Source: Octopus vulgaris (Eukaryota). From it: 64,000 nt of DNA. The first letter of the stretch is position 1, and each line of letters starts with the position of its first letter. Below are positions 25,233-41,219 of the stretch, piece after piece. The translations under genes and the position numbers were made by a program. Below the pieces are notes generated by a model. The model did not search any database. It worked only from the letters and a program-made list of their open reading frames with translations, and was not told the origin of the DNA. The stretch lies in contig OX597831.1 of assembly GCA_951406725.2 (NCBI GenBank), positions 57,908,001-57,972,000 of the forward strand. The letters are read 5' to 3'.

Positions 25233-28051
25233 GATTTCAATTTTTTGCCACCAAGGGCAGCTTGGGGGAGGGGATTAAGTCGATTACATCGATGCCAGTG
25301 CATAACTGGTACTTAATTTAATCGACCCCGAAAGGATGAAAGGCAAAGTGGCAACCTCAGTGGAATTCGAACTCAGAACGTAACGTAGCAGCAGACGAAA
25401 TAGCTATTTCTTTACTACCCACAAGGGGCTAAACACAGAGAGGACAAACAAGGAAAGACAAATGGATTAAGTCGATTATATCGACCCCAGTGCGTAACTG
25501 GTACTTATTTAATCGACCCCGAAAGGATGAAAGGCAAAGTCGACCTCGGCGGAATTTGAACTCAGAATGTAGCGGCAGACGAAATACCACTAAGCATTTT
25601 GCCTGGTGTGCCGACGATTCTGCTAGCTCACCACTTTACTACTACTACTATTAATAATAATGTGTGATGTTTATGTTGACAGTCTTAGAACCAGTGTAGT
25701 GTATGTTAATGCCTTATTCTGACCTTTATTATAACTAGTTCTTTTGAAATTGAATCGATATTTAAAAATAGCAATAAGTTTTTTTTTTCAGTCTTATAAC
25801 CTTGCATTATGTGCATTTCTTTTATTGTTTTACATGCTTCAGTCACTTGACAGTGGCCATGCTGGAGCACTGCCTTTACTACTTATTCAATGTAAGACTA
25901 GTACTTGTTCTGTCGGTCTCTTTTGCTGAACTGCTAAGTTATGGTGACGTAAACACATCAACATCAGTTGTCAAGCAATGGTGGAGGGACAAACACAGGC
26001 ACACACACATTTGACAGGCTTCTTTCAGTTTCCATCTACCAAATCCACTTACAAGATTTTGGTTATCCTGTGGCTATAGTAGAAGATATTCGCCCAAGGT
26101 GCCATGCAGTGGGACTGAACCTGGAATGGTGTGGTTGGGAAGCAAGCTTCTTACCACACAGTCATGCCTAGCCAACATATTTATTGTCTTCATGAAACGA
26201 TTCAGTGAACTTTTAAAGACCTTTGCAGAATCCTGATATATTTTGTTTTAGAGCTTTGGTTAATTGTTTCTTTTACTTTTTTATAATAAAAAATATTTCA
26301 ACAGAATGTGATAATAATTTAAAAAAATATTAAATATTGATTTTAAATTTTGGCACAAGGCCAGAAATTTCAGGAAAGGGGTTTAGTCGATTACATTGAT
26401 CCCAGTATTCAACTAGTACTAATTTATTGACCATGAAAGGCAAAGCCTACCTCTGTGGGATTTGAACTCAGAATGTAAAAATGTACAAAATGCTGCTAAC
26501 ACCTGGTGTGCTAACAATTCTGCCAGCTCACCACCTTAAAAAAAAAATATTAAATATTATAAAGAAATTATTCTAATATTTGCTAAAATTGAATTAATTT
26601 ATTGATTTGAGCAACTTTTACTATGATCATGATTTTTCTTGGTCAACTGTTATCGATCAACTGCCCATATAGATATATATTTCTTTACTACCCACAAGGG
26701 GCTAAACACAGAGGGGACAAACAAGGACAGACAAACAGGTTAAGTCGATTACATCGACCCCAGTGTGTAACTGGTACTTAATTTATCGACCCCGAAAGGA
26801 TGAAAGGCAAAGTCAACCTCAGCAGAATTTGAACTCAGAACGCAGCAGCGGACGAAATACCTCAAAGCATTTCACCCAGCGTGCTAACGATTCTGCCAGC
26901 TCACCGCCTTAAAAAAAAATTACTAAATATTACAAAGAAATTATTCTAATATTTGCTAAATTTGAATTAATTTATTGATTTGAGCAACTTTTACTATGAT
27001 CATGATTTTTCTTGGTCAACTGTTATCGATCAACTGCCCATATAGATATAGGCATGGCTGTATGGATAAGAAGCTTGCTTTGCAACTCTGGTTTTGGGTT
27101 CAGTTCTACTGCATGGTACTGTGGGCAAGTGTTTTCTACTATATCCCAAGCCAAAAATAATTTGCTTGTGAGTGAATATGGTTGACAGAAACATCACTAT
27201 AACTTAGTGGTTTAGCAAATGAGACTGATAAAATAAGTAGCAGACTTTAAAAATAAATTAGTACTGGGGTTGATCTGTTCAGCTAAAATGTTTCAAGTGA
27301 TGCTCCAGCATGGCCATGGTTCAATGACTGAAACAAGTGAAAAATACAAGATTCTGTAGAAGATGGATATGATCAATTAAACGTATTTCGGTACATTTTT
27401 GGGGCTCTTTTTAACAATTTTTAAATGTTACGTATAAATCTAACACCAACTTCATCCTAATTTGGTATTATGAATTTTTACTCCTCCATATCAAGATCCC
27501 TGTGAAGTGAGGCTTTACATTTTTCTTGTAAATTCATCATCAGGAATTGAGCATACTCACAAACCCTGGGGTAACACGGGCTGAAAAATATAAAGCTGAT
27601 TACCTATTTAGCATCTCAATAAGATCATATGAGAGCACTGATGGATGTGATCTGATCTGTACAAGATCTGTATAAGAAATACAGACTTTCTAACTTACAA
27701 CATTAGTCTATACAGAGATAGTGACTTAGTAAACAGTTTCATACCATTGCAATAACCATACTTTACTGGGTATGGCATATATATTTGCCCATTAATCATT
27801 TTATTAGAAAATAAAAGATTTTAGGTTTTAGTTAATAAAAATTTACAGGTCAGTTGTCATATTTATTGAGAATATTTTTTTTCATATATTTACATCTCAA
27901 AATGGCCATCCTTTGCTTTCACCATAGCTCTTAAGCCTTTCTCAAATGTTTTATCGCCTCAGAATTCTTTATGCTAGCTGTTTCCAATGCTTTAAATTGT
28001 TCACATTTTGTTTGAGCTACCATATTTAATTAAGAGTTTCGTATATATATA

Positions 28052-28603
28052 TGTTGGTGAATGCTGTCATAATCCTTGCCTTCAGTTCATCTTTAGTGTT
28101 ACAAAGAATTTTACTGGTCTCTCACTCAATTGCACCCACACATAATAAGGAAGGGGGGTTGCAGTTTGGGAAGTTAGGTGGCCAGATGTTAGGGGTGATG
28201 TTGCAGAAATTGTCTGACAGCTACGACTGGGTTCTCCTGCTTGTATGGCATGGTGCAGAGTCCTGTTGCCAGACATAGGGTCTTCCAGCAGCTACCTTCT
28301 TGGCCCAGGGCAGCACTACCTCCTCCAGACACTTGATGTAGGCCTCTGTACCGAGTCTGAGGCCGTGTGGGAATATAAGCGGAGGCATGACGTTGTCATA
28401 ACTAGCGATCACTCCAAACTCCATGATGTGGATGGATGTTTGATTTTTTTATTACTCTCGGTACATGTCCTCAGGTTGCACTGTCTTCAGATTGACACCC
28501 AAACACTCTGAAATGTGTTTGTATTGGAGCTCCCGGTGTGAATGCCAAGCAGTACGGCATGCCATTTCTAAATTTTTGGCAGAGTGAATTGTATCATGGT
28601 GCC
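28052..28603 (-). mobile_element. Tc1/mariner-superfamily transposase remnant, maT (DD37D)-like
   Basis: MPPLIFPHGLRL..EAYIKCLEEVVLPW...YVWQQDSAPCHTS...WPPNFPNCNP..YYVW. A matching C-terminal fragment MVKAKDGHFEM* lies near 27888-27925. Confidence 0.75.
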
Positions 28604-30548
28604 TAACTGAACAATCCACCAGCGGTCCTGTACTCAAACTTTACTCCTTCTTTAACACTTTCGAACACTGATTCCAACATGATGGAGAAATACAAAGCAA
28701 ACAAGAGCAGTGCAAGAACACGGCCTTGTTTCGTCCCATTTGAGACTGTGGATGAATTGAACACTTCCTTGCCTGATCTAACAGAAGCTAACATTCTTTG
28801 ATGGAAAGAAATGATGATATTGAACATCTTTTTGAGAACACCTAGCTTTCTAAGGACAGCCCAAAGAGCATCCCTAGATATGATGTTGAAAGCTTTAGTT
28901 AGATCTACAAAAGTGACAAAATGGTCTCGGCTGTGCTCACTAGCCATTTCCTGCAGTTGCCTCAGGCTGAAAATCATATCCACTGAGCCTCTACCAGCCT
29001 GGAAAACTACACTGAGATTCAGGCAACACTAAGCTGGCAAAGGCATCACTTAGTCTGTTTCAGATAACCCTTCCAAGGATCTTCCTGGCAACACACAGAA
29101 AGGGAGATACTTCTATGGTTGTCACATTCACATTTGTTGCCTTTGTGCTTATAAAGATGGACACTAGAAACATCTTTAAACTCCGGTGGGACTGAGCTTA
29201 ATTCCCAGATTCAGGAGAAGTGTTCACATAATTTGTTCAGCAGGAGATTGCTACCACATTTATACATCTCAGCTGGTATGCCATTGTTCCTAGATGACTT
29301 TCTATTTGTGAACTGTTTCATGGCCTTTTTTATTTACCTCAGCATTTGATGGAGCAACTGATAGTCTTTCAAGGACAATCCTCTGTGGTAGGTTCTTCAT
29401 TAGCAGTTGAGTCTATATTCAGAACATTCGGAAAATGCTCTACTTAGTGCTTTATGATCTCCTTTTTGTCTGTGGGAACAAATTTAGCAATTTTTGGCAA
29501 AATATGTACCTTTTTCCAAATTATAACAAAAAGTTAGTGAAAATAGCTGCATATTTATTTTTGCCAATGCAGATATGCAATGACATAGATCTTTCATTAA
29601 TGCCAACAGGCAGAGATTTGAGAAGGTTCACCAAATCATTCTGAATAGCAAATCCAACACCTGCCTTTTTCTTTACTTCCTGAGGTTTAGACATCCAGAA
29701 AAATGTGTATCCACAGTTAGCTACTGTAGTTTCCAAAAGAGCTGCTACTCCAATGTTTTTTCCTTCAAGACACTGGCAACCAAAGCAGTCCTTCATTCTG
29801 CATTTTCCTTGCTGTCCCGAAGAGTTCTTACATTCCAAGATGCAACGAAAAGGTTTTTTGTTTTAGATTCGCTTAATGTTTTGGTGGAGTTTTGGATGCC
29901 CAGTCATTTGCACCTAATGACAAGGAATGATATGAGTAAGCAATTTTTAAGTAGCATTTTCTTTACCCCTCCTCCATAGGAAGAAACCAGTGCCATCTTA
30001 AAAAAGGGCTGTTTTGTTGTGAAAGGAGGACATGAATTACACAGTTACTTGCAGATGTTGTACAAAGTGGTCATTTACCTTTCACTACTTGTGTACGAAG
30101 TTCAAGCTAAGAACTTCCAGTGACACCCTTCACCTATTCTTATCACTATCCCTTCATCCTCATAGGCATTTTTGGGGGCACAAATCATGTTGGTGGTGTT
30201 TGCTGATGGTATTTTACTGAACTACCTGCACATGGTTTCTTTTTTATAGTGGTCATTGCTTGTGTAGCACAATGCACACTCACTCCACCAAAAAAATATT
30301 TACTTGTACTGGTGTATAGTGTGCCATGTGTCAAATGCTAAATTGGTTGCAGATTTGAAATCAAAACAGCCTTCTCCTAGTCTAGTTGCTCAAAAGCAAC
30401 AGAGCCCCGACTGCCCCCATAAGTTGATGCTGATAGTGCACACCAACTAAGAGGACCATCAGCAACCACATACCTTGTTTTATATCAGAGTTTTCTTTCT
30501 CTCAGATGTGCTGCCCTCACAGTGGTTAAGGAGTCCCATCCACCCCAT
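28604..30548 (-). mobile_element. Degenerate RTE (BovB-like) LINE: 5' region, APE and RT fragments
   Basis: APE: GYTFFW...AGVGFAI...LPVGINERSMSL. RT: DMIFSLRQLQE...FVDLTKAF...LW..L.KLG...GTKQG.VLA.LLF. Many stops and deletions; 3' part missing. Confidence 0.85.
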
Positions 30549-31497
30549 ACAGTAATCCACACACACACACACACACACACATTTTTCTTTTACTCTCTTT
30601 TATTTGTTTCAGGCATTTGACTGTGGCCATGCTGGAGCACCGCCTTTTAATTGAGCAACTCAACACCGGGACTTATTCTTTGTAAGCCCAGTACTTATTC
30701 TATCGGTCTCTTTTGCTGAACCGCTAAGTGACGGGGACATAAACACACCAGCATCGGTTGTCAAGCAATGCTAGGGGGACAAACACAAACATACATGCAC
30801 ATACATATATATACGACGGGCTTCTTTCAGTTTCCGTCTACCAAATCCACTCACAAGGCTTTGGTCGGCCCGAGGCTATAGTAGAATACACTTGCCCAAG
30901 GTGCCATGCAGTGGGACTGAACCCGGAACCATGTGGTTGGTAAACAAGCTACTTACCACACAGCCACTCCTGCGCCTGAACAAGGATTTTTTTTTCAGTT
31001 TCTACCATAGCCCTGGCCCAAACCATATGATTAGATTTGGTATCTGTCTATCAAATCTAACCATAAGGTTGGCCCAGAGCTATAGTCGAAGATATCTACT
31101 CATGGTGCCATGGAGTAGAATTGAACTCAAGACCATGTAGTTGAGAATACACACTCACACACACAAACAGGTAAATAGGTGCATGTTTGGGGCTCCATCT
31201 GCCCCATACATGCAAATAAATACATAAAGAAATGTAAGAAGATATAAAATTTCAGAATATATGTAAGATATATAAAAACAATATATACATATGTACACAC
31301 ATTGTTGGATGACTGATCACTCTCAAATGCTACAGGTAACATGTAACCCAATACAACCTGTTGCATGGTTGGGTCATTGGTGACTAAATTGGCAACCTCA
31401 CTGAGCTTGCTTGGTGATGAGGATGATTTTTGGACACCATGCAGGATGAAAAATAAAACCGGTCAAAGGGCAGAGGAACTCATGAGTAGTCAATGGT

Positions 31498-31529
<32 letters not shown>

Positions 31530-31537
31530 TGCATGTG

Positions 31538-31570
<33 letters not shown>

Positions 31571-31732
31571 ATGTGTGTGTGTGTGTGGTTATGTGGTAAG
31601 AAACTTACTTCTCAACCACATGATTCTAGGTTCAGCCCCATTGCATGCCACCTTGGGTGTCTTCTACCTATAGCCTCGGGCTGACAAAAGGTTTGTTAGT
31701 GGATTTGGTAGACAGAAACTAAAAAGAAGCCA

Positions 31733-31770
<38 letters not shown>

Positions 31771-32586
31771 ATACATATATATATATATATATGTGATATA
31801 CATACATACATACATACATACATACACCCACACACACACACACACACATACATACATGTATGTGTGTGTGTGTGTGTCTCTCTCACATTGTATCTATGTT
31901 TGTCTCCCATCATCACCTGACAACTGGTGTCTGTGTGTTTATGTCCCCCATAACTTAGAGGTTTGGCAAATAAAGTCCGAGAGAATAAGTACCAGGCTCA
32001 AAACAAACAAACAAAAAAACCAATAGGTACTGGTGTTGATTCATTCGACTAAAAGTTCAAGCCGGTGCCCCAGCATGGCCACACTCTGGTGTGTGTCTTA
32101 TTACTGAGTAGAATTTCTAGCACAGGCATTCAGTAAACACATGGCAGCACCTATGCTTATGTTTGTCTGTGTGTGTGTTTGTTGCATTTTCCAATTTACT
32201 ACTAGCCTTTATCTGATGTTGTAGCTGTGCATGGCACCGATGTTGTTATCACTCCTCCTTCTCCTCTTCATCCTCCTCCTCCTCCTCCTCCCACTTCTGC
32301 TAGTGCTGTTTTTACTGCTACAGTCGCTGCCGGGGCTGTTGCTGCTTCTACAGCGGCTGTTGCTGTTACTATCAGAGTGTGACTGATGCTGCTACTTGGA
32401 ATCTATATAAAACAAAAAAAAAAAAATATTCGATTTGCTAGAAATAGCAGTCAAATCTCCTTTAAATAACAGCTTTCTCCTTTTTTTATTATTTTTAAGT
32501 GAAAAAAAACAAACAAAAAAGCAAAACAGAAATAAAACAGGACATTGGGCAATGTTTGAGATATACATATTTACCCACTTGTGCCA

Positions 32587-32621
<35 letters not shown>

Positions 32622-32699
32622 AGATGAGTTGGAATGTCTTTGATCTTAGCGTCTGCTTGATGAGAACTATCCTGAGGAGGCTAAACAATCACTATTGGA

Positions 32700-32744
32700 A
32701 GAGCTGCTGCTGCTGTTGCTGCTGTGGCTACTACTAGAATTATA

Positions 32745-32794
<50 letters not shown>

Positions 32795-32810
32795 CACCAC
32801 CACCACCACC

Positions 32811-32851
<41 letters not shown>

Positions 32852-33034
32852 AACTACTACTACTATTACTACTACTACTATTACTACTACTGCTGCTACT
32901 GCTGCTGCTGCCACCACCACAACCGCAACCAACTACTACTACTACTACTACTACAACTACTACTACTATTACTACTACTACTATTACTACTACTGCTGCT
33001 GCTGCTGCTGCTGCCACCACCACAACCGCAACCA

Positions 33035-33066
<32 letters not shown>

Positions 33067-33077
33067 CACCATCACCA

Positions 33078-33112
<35 letters not shown>

Positions 33113-33215
33113 CACAACCATAACACCACCATACCACCACCATCACACTACCACCACCATAACACCACCATATCCCCCTACTACTACTACTACTACTACT
33201 ACTAACTGCTACTGC
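32700..33215. repeat. Compound trinucleotide microsatellite (CTA/CCA/CTG)n
   Basis: Directly visible. Confidence 0.95.
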
Positions 33216-33958
33216 TGCAGCTGCAGAACTGCTGTCTTACACAATATGTAGATACTACCTTATCTTCACTGATCGATGAAATCAGCCCACAATTCTGCGT
33301 GTGTATTTGTAGTGTAACGGAGTGTTGCGTGCAGTATGTGTCTTAGTGGGTGCTCTATGTCTATATATGTATGCGTGTAATATGTGTGTGTGTGTATGTA
33401 TGTATGTATGTGCCTGTGTGTGAATTAGATGTAAGGTATATGTGTGTAGGTTGTTGCTTAATGTAATTGTGTATGTATGTGGGTTGTGCTTAGTGTGTGT
33501 GTGTGTGTATGTGTGTGTGTGTGTGTGTGTATGTGACAGTGTCAGCGTGAGTGTATTGTATGTGAGTATGCATATGAGTGTGTGTGAGTGTATGTTTGTG
33601 TGTGAGTGTGTATGTGGATGCTTTGTGTGCATGTAAGTGTGCCTGACGGGTATGTATGTAATTGTGTGTGCATGCATGTGTATAAGTGTGTATGTGTGTA
33701 TGTGTGTGTTAATGAGATGAAGAAGATAAGACAGAATGAAGGAGAGAAAGAGAGAGAAAGAGAGAGAAAGAGAGACAGAGAAGAGAGAGAGAGAGAGTAA
33801 TATTCTATTCACTTAAAGATACTTGTTATTGGATGTATTTCTTTCATCTCTCTTCCTCTCACCATCCCTCACTCTCTCGCTCTCCCCCCCACTCTTTCAT
33901 CCAGTCATTTCTTTCAAATAATATGTATGAATCCTTATAAAAACTCACATCCAGCCCC

Positions 33959-34011
<53 letters not shown>

Positions 34012-34022
34012 TATATATATAT

Positions 34023-34061
<39 letters not shown>

Positions 34062-34292
34062 CAAAAAGATAAAGAGAGGGACAGAGAGAGATGATGGCAA
34101 ATATATATATATATACATAAATATATACATACATATATATAAATAGTATACAAATATATGCATATATACATACACATATATATTTATATACATACACATA
34201 CAAAATATATATATATATATATATATACGTAATATATGTACTTATATAGATATTTGTGTTAATATGTATGTAAATATATATATACATATATG

Positions 34293-34340
<48 letters not shown>

Positions 34341-34990
34341 CATATATATATATATGTGTATGTATACATGTGTGTATATGTCAGTGTGTGGAACATACAT
34401 ACATAAATATGTAGTATGTATACACGTGAGTACTTTTGACAGTCTACCATAATTTCTCTCTCTGTCTCTCTCTTTCTCTTTTTCCCAATCTGTATGTCAT
34501 CATCTTTTGTATCTCTCTCTCTCTCTCTCTCACTTTCTTAATCCCCCTTTTCTCTCCCACTCTGCTCTCTACTCCACTCTCCTTCCTACCAAACCTCTTG
34601 CATAATTTCTCACCTGATCTATTTACCCACCCCGCTTCTTCTTCTTCTTCTTCTTCTTCTGCTTTCTCCTCCCCCTCCTTTCTTATATTCCCTCTATCAC
34701 TCTTTCTTCCTCAATTCACCTCCATCGCCACCAACACCACCATCACCATCACAGCAATCGCCATCGCCGTTGCCACCACCACTACCACTACTACTACTAC
34801 CACCACCGCCACCACCACCACCACTGACACCACCACCATCGCCATCATCATCATCATCGCTATCACAATTATCACTCATCATACCATGAATATTAATCAT
34901 TTAATGCCCTGTTGCTAGGGATTACCATGATGTCTTTCCATCCTCCATCATTCTATCAGCATAATTCATTCACAAATAAAAACAACAGCT

Positions 34991-35056
<66 letters not shown>

Positions 35057-36270
35057 TAATAATAATAAAAACAATAATAATGATAATAATGAAAGAGCAA
35101 TTAAAATAGCTTCTTTACTCTCTTTGCCTCTCTCTGCTTCCCTGTGTCTTTATACCATTTCTCTCTCTGTCCTTCTCTCTGTCTGTCTGTCTCTCTGTCT
35201 GTCTGGCTGGCTGTTTGTCTGTCTGTCTGTCTGTATTTTTCTCATTCTCTCTTTTCAAATACAAAATATACACAATACTACTGCACTCTTTCCACTTCTC
35301 ATTATTTTCATCCATTTTTTCTACCTCTCCTCTTCTCTCTCCCCCTCCATCTCTTCTCTCTTTGCCTCTCTCCATCTCTTCTCTCTCCTCTCTCCCTCTC
35401 ATCTTCTCTCACCCTTTCACCACTCTCTCTCCTCTCTCTCTCCATACATTTTCCTCTACAATGGATGCCGTAGCTTTACTCCAAGCTCGGCTTGGCTATC
35501 TTCTTCCCTTCTCACACATTTAAACAATGGCCAAAATATTCAAACCAGCATCAGCAGTGACCCTATATAACAACAACAACAACAACAACAACGACCACGA
35601 CCACGACAACAACAACAGCAACAACAACAAGAACACAATTACATCAAACGTATATACATATATATAAAAAAAAAAACACAGGAGAAGCCCACACATTCAC
35701 ATCATACACTACGCAAACTCATACATATAAATATATACACACATACACACAAACAGTGTTTGTTGGTCGTTGTGAAGGGGAAATACAACATCATCCACAA
35801 CTGTCATCTCTGACCGACTGGACCCTTCACCCCACCCCACCACCACCACCACCACCACCACCACCATCATCAACAACAACTACTACTACTACCACTACTA
35901 TTATTAATACAACTACTACTACTGCTGCTGTTGTTGTTGTTGTTGTTGTTACTGCTGCTGTTGTTGTTGCTGTTGCTGTTGTTGCTGCTGCTGTTTGCCA
36001 CCATTGGTCAGTCCCAATATAACAAACTTGACCGTCATGTTGAAAATACAGCGGGTACCATGTCCAGATATAACATTCAGGTAAAAACTGTTTAAAATAT
36101 TTTATTAATTATTTTTTTTTCGGTGATTTTGTTACAACCAATGTGTCAGTTCTTGTTATTTTGTTGTTTTGGGTTGGTTCCTTCAGGATGGGCTGTTCAT
36201 GGCTCCCTATATATATATATACATATATATATATACATACATACATATATATATGTACACACACACACAT

Positions 36271-36315
<45 letters not shown>

Positions 36316-36909
36316 TGCATATTCATACATATATATAATATATATATATGTGTATGTGTGTGTGTATTCCTGTATTTACAGTACACACTTGTATACAAGA
36401 ATCTACAAGTGTCTAATACTCTTATACCCTTACATGAGAAGAATTACAGAGTATAATGTATGAATGTGTGACATCTATAACACATCACAAACCCAGGCAA
36501 AGCTAGTTGCCTTTAGATTTGGGTATGTGGTTACCATACACACACAGACACACACAGACGCAGACACACATTTCCACATTCTCATACATACAGACAGACA
36601 CGTGAGGGAGTCCCTTATGTGGTTATGCAACATGCTAGAAATAGCATTCAAATCTTCCTCCTGCACTGTATCCTCTTACGAAAACAAAACAAAACACAAA
36701 ACAAAAAGTGGTCAGAATATATCGGATGATGTAGTCCAAGACAAAAACAGGAAATAATGATGGAATGGGTACAGCACAACAGAATGTTTGATCATAAGAC
36801 TGATCAGTCTACAAACCCAAGGGATAAACAACAATACTTGCATGCATATACATGCTCCTCTCTCTCTCTATACATATATATGAACTAGTTTTTGTGATTT
36901 TGTTGTTTA

Positions 36910-36966
<57 letters not shown>

Positions 36967-37160
36967 ATAGATATAGATATATAGATAGATAATGACATAT
37001 ATATGTACATCATCATCATCATTATCGTTATCATTACCATCACCTTCATCATCATTTAACGTCCATTTTCCATGTTGGCATGGGTTAGATGGTTTGACTG
37101 GAGTTAGTAAGCCACTGGAAAGATGTCTCAGGCTCCAAATGCATGTACATTTCTCTAAAA

Positions 37161-37510
<350 letters not shown>

Positions 37511-37836
37511 TAGCACTGTTACTTTGCCAAAGACTGTGTCTTGGAGTTATTTTATACAAGATTCTTGGCAATAATTTCTGTTATGTTTTATCTGGCAGAA
37601 TATGAGAATTGTCAACTGTCATTCCACTTCCCATGAAAGAAAATATACAGATTTATCAGTCTATACACACACATACACACACATGCATGCAGACACACAC
37701 ACACACACACATGCGCACGTACACTCACACACACATGAATATAATATGTATATAATATCGTATTATATAGACATATTTATATATACATATGTGTAAATAC
37801 ATGATTATATATGCATGCATGTATGTGCCTCTCTTT

Positions 37837-37925
<89 letters not shown>

Positions 37926-38385
37926 TATTTATATATGTATGTATGTGTGTATGTGGGTGCAAATGTGCATATGTGTATATTAGTTGTTAGTCCATACAAT
38001 TCAATGCAGGAGATATATGTAAAATGTTTTTGTTTTTTGTGTTGATCGTCATCATCATCATCATCATCATCAGTGGCAGCATCAGCAGCATCATCATCAT
38101 CATCATCATCATCGTCATCATCATTATCATAATTTTCATGGCCATCCCATTCACCATCAACATAACTTATTATTATTATTATTGTTATTATTATTATTAT
38201 CATTATTATTATTATTATTAACATTATTATTATTACTAGCAGCATTATTAAGGTGCAGTGAGCACTGGACTAGATGCCTTATTTGGTATTTAGTTACGTC
38301 CCTTTATGTTCCTGAGTCGACTCAACCGCAGTGTGATCGTTTTGACTTACTCTGTGGTGGTGGTGGTGGTGGTGGTAGGGGTCAG

Positions 38386-38615
38386 GCGGCGAGCTGGCAG
38401 AAACGTTAGCGTGCCGGGCGAAATGCCTAGCGGTATTTCGTCTGTCGTTACGTTGTGAGTTCGAATTTCGTCGAGGTCGACTTTGCCTTTCATCCTTTCG
38501 GTGTCGATAAATTAAGTACCAGTTACGCACTGGGGTCGATATAATCGACTTAATACCTATGTCTGTCCTTGTTTGTCCCCTCTATGTTTAGCCCCTTGTG
38601 GGTACTAAAGAAATA
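38386..38615 (+). mobile_element. Young full-length SINE family B copy
   Basis: Perfect 15-bp TSD GGTGGTAGGGGTCAG (38371-38385, 38616-38630). Other copies at about 7094-7321, 11113-11342, 15900-16067, 25270-25635, 26345-26537 and 26678-26910. Confidence 0.85.
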
Positions 38616-39107
38616 GGTGGTAGGGGTCAGTGTTCCATAACATAAGAACCAGTAATTGACTGAGGGACAGTTGATAAAAGCTACTGTATTCCTTCTCTAT
38701 ATCGTCTGACATCGGCATCATGCCAGCAGGAGAAATTATTATTTTCGTTATAGTCGTGGTGTCTTGTTCTATCTCAAAAGGACCCTCTAGGTCAACTAGA
38801 GCTTGCCTGTTGAATTACAAGCACTGGGCTGGAACGTGTGTGTGTGTGTGTGTGTGTGCGCGCGCACGTCTGGGTGTTCGGATGTGTGCTGAGGGAAAAT
38901 GTCGGAATCACCCTATCTTTGTGGTGATTAGTATTGGTTAATTATAAATGCATAAATGATCGCATACATCTGTGTGTGCACGTAAAATACATGTATATTA
39001 ATAACATAAAGACATACGCACAAACACTCACATACACACACACACATGCACACACACACACACACTCACAAGCACATACACACACACACATACACATATG
39101 TATATGC

Positions 39108-39164
<57 letters not shown>

Positions 39165-39169
<5 letters not shown>

Positions 39170-39343
39170 GAGTAGCTAGAGTGTGTGATGCCCAGAGTGA
39201 CCCTTCCATTTGCCGCCCCCGGACCCTACAAATAACACATATTGCCTACAGCAGACCCAACAGACCTAAAAGTGGTGCCCCTTTAAAAGTGCCACCCAGG
39301 ACGGACTGCCCCTGTGGGCCCCCCTCCCCCAGGTATGGTAGTG
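39165..39343. mobile_element. Possible degenerate GC-rich MITE
   Basis: GC-rich island between (TA)n tracts with weak inverted ends CACTA.../...TAGTG. Confidence 0.35.
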
Positions 39344-39568
39344 TATATACATATATATATATGTATGCATATATATATATGCATATATATATATATATAT
39401 ATATATGTATATGTATATGTGTGTATATATATATATGTATATGTGTGTATATATATATATCATCATCATCATCATCATCGTTTAACGTGATGATGATGAT
39501 GATATATATATACACACATATACATATATATATATGTATATATATTTATGTGTGTGTATATATGTATT

Positions 39569-39610
<42 letters not shown>

Positions 39611-39798
39611 CATACATGTATATATGTGTATGTATTTTAATATATTGCTTAGGTATTGTGTGACTAGTAACCTGATGTAGAACTCAATACATGTATGTTT
39701 CAGAACAAAACGTTAGATGATATATCTATATCTACATCTGTCTGCCTGTGTGTCTGACTCTGTGTGTGTGTGTGTGTGTGTGTGTCTCTATCTCTCTG

Positions 39799-40033
<235 letters not shown>

Positions 40034-41188
40034 ATGTGTGCATATATATATATATATCATGTGTGTCCTAGATTTTTAGATTGGGTACATCACATCCATC
40101 CCTAAGTGTCATAAGAGGCAACTGGCAAGATTTGCATCGGCAAAGATGCCTGGCCATAAAACACTGCCTTAAAATGTCCCATGCCATGCTAGTAAGCATG
40201 AAATGGTGTTAAAATGATGACAACGATGATGACATTGATATATAATACATATATATATATTTTTATACATATGCATGTACATATGTATACATTCACATAT
40301 ATACATGTAAAAATGTATATTATGTGTGTGTTCACATATACATGAACATATACATATGTCATTTTGTTTCCATTCACATATATATATATTTTGTTGTATT
40401 GTAAACAGAAGTGGGATGAGACAGGGAGAGTGAGAAAAATCGTTAACATTAGTATTATAATTATTACTATCACTAATATGGCGATAGCATTGCAGAACTG
40501 GTTGAACACAAGTCAGAATGTCACGTGTTAGTGAGTTATGTCCCTTCTTCATTACGAGTTCAAATCCTGCTTGGTTTGACTTTGCTATTCATCTTTCCAT
40601 AATTGATAAAACAATACCCAGTAATCATATAAATATATATATATGTGTGTGTATGTTTGTGTGTGTTTGTGTGTGTGTGTGTGTGTGAATTCATTTCAAT
40701 GTATCTTTTCCCTACACTACATGAATGTAAGTGATTGGTGTGTTCTAACTTGACCTCATGGGGAAATAATTTCTTTTGTTTGTTTTTGGTTTTTGGGTAT
40801 ATTACAATAAGGTAGTAAACTTGGAGTCATTAGATCATCAGACAAACTGCCATGAAATATTTCTTGCAGACCTTTGCGTTTTGAGTTCAAATCCCACTAT
40901 TGTCAACCTTTGCTTTTTGTCCTTTTGGGGTTTGATAAAGTAAAGTACCAATCAAATACTGAGGCTGATATAACTGAGTACATCATCATCATCATTTAAC
41001 GTCTGCCTTCCATGCTGGCATGTGTTGGACAGTTTGACAGGAGCTGGTCAGACAGATGACTGCACCAGGTTTCTGAGTCTCTTTTGGCATGGTTTTTATG
41101 GCTGGATGCCCTTCCTAACACCAACCACCCAACAGAGTGGACTACTTCAAAATTTCTGGCCTTGTACCTAAGCTGGAAACAATTATTG

Positions 41189-41219
<31 letters not shown>

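Noticed and set aside
32150-32402. Minus-strand segment after a strong polypyrimidine-AG
   Set aside because: All three frames stop early or are low complexity. It could be a non-coding exon, but nothing supports that.
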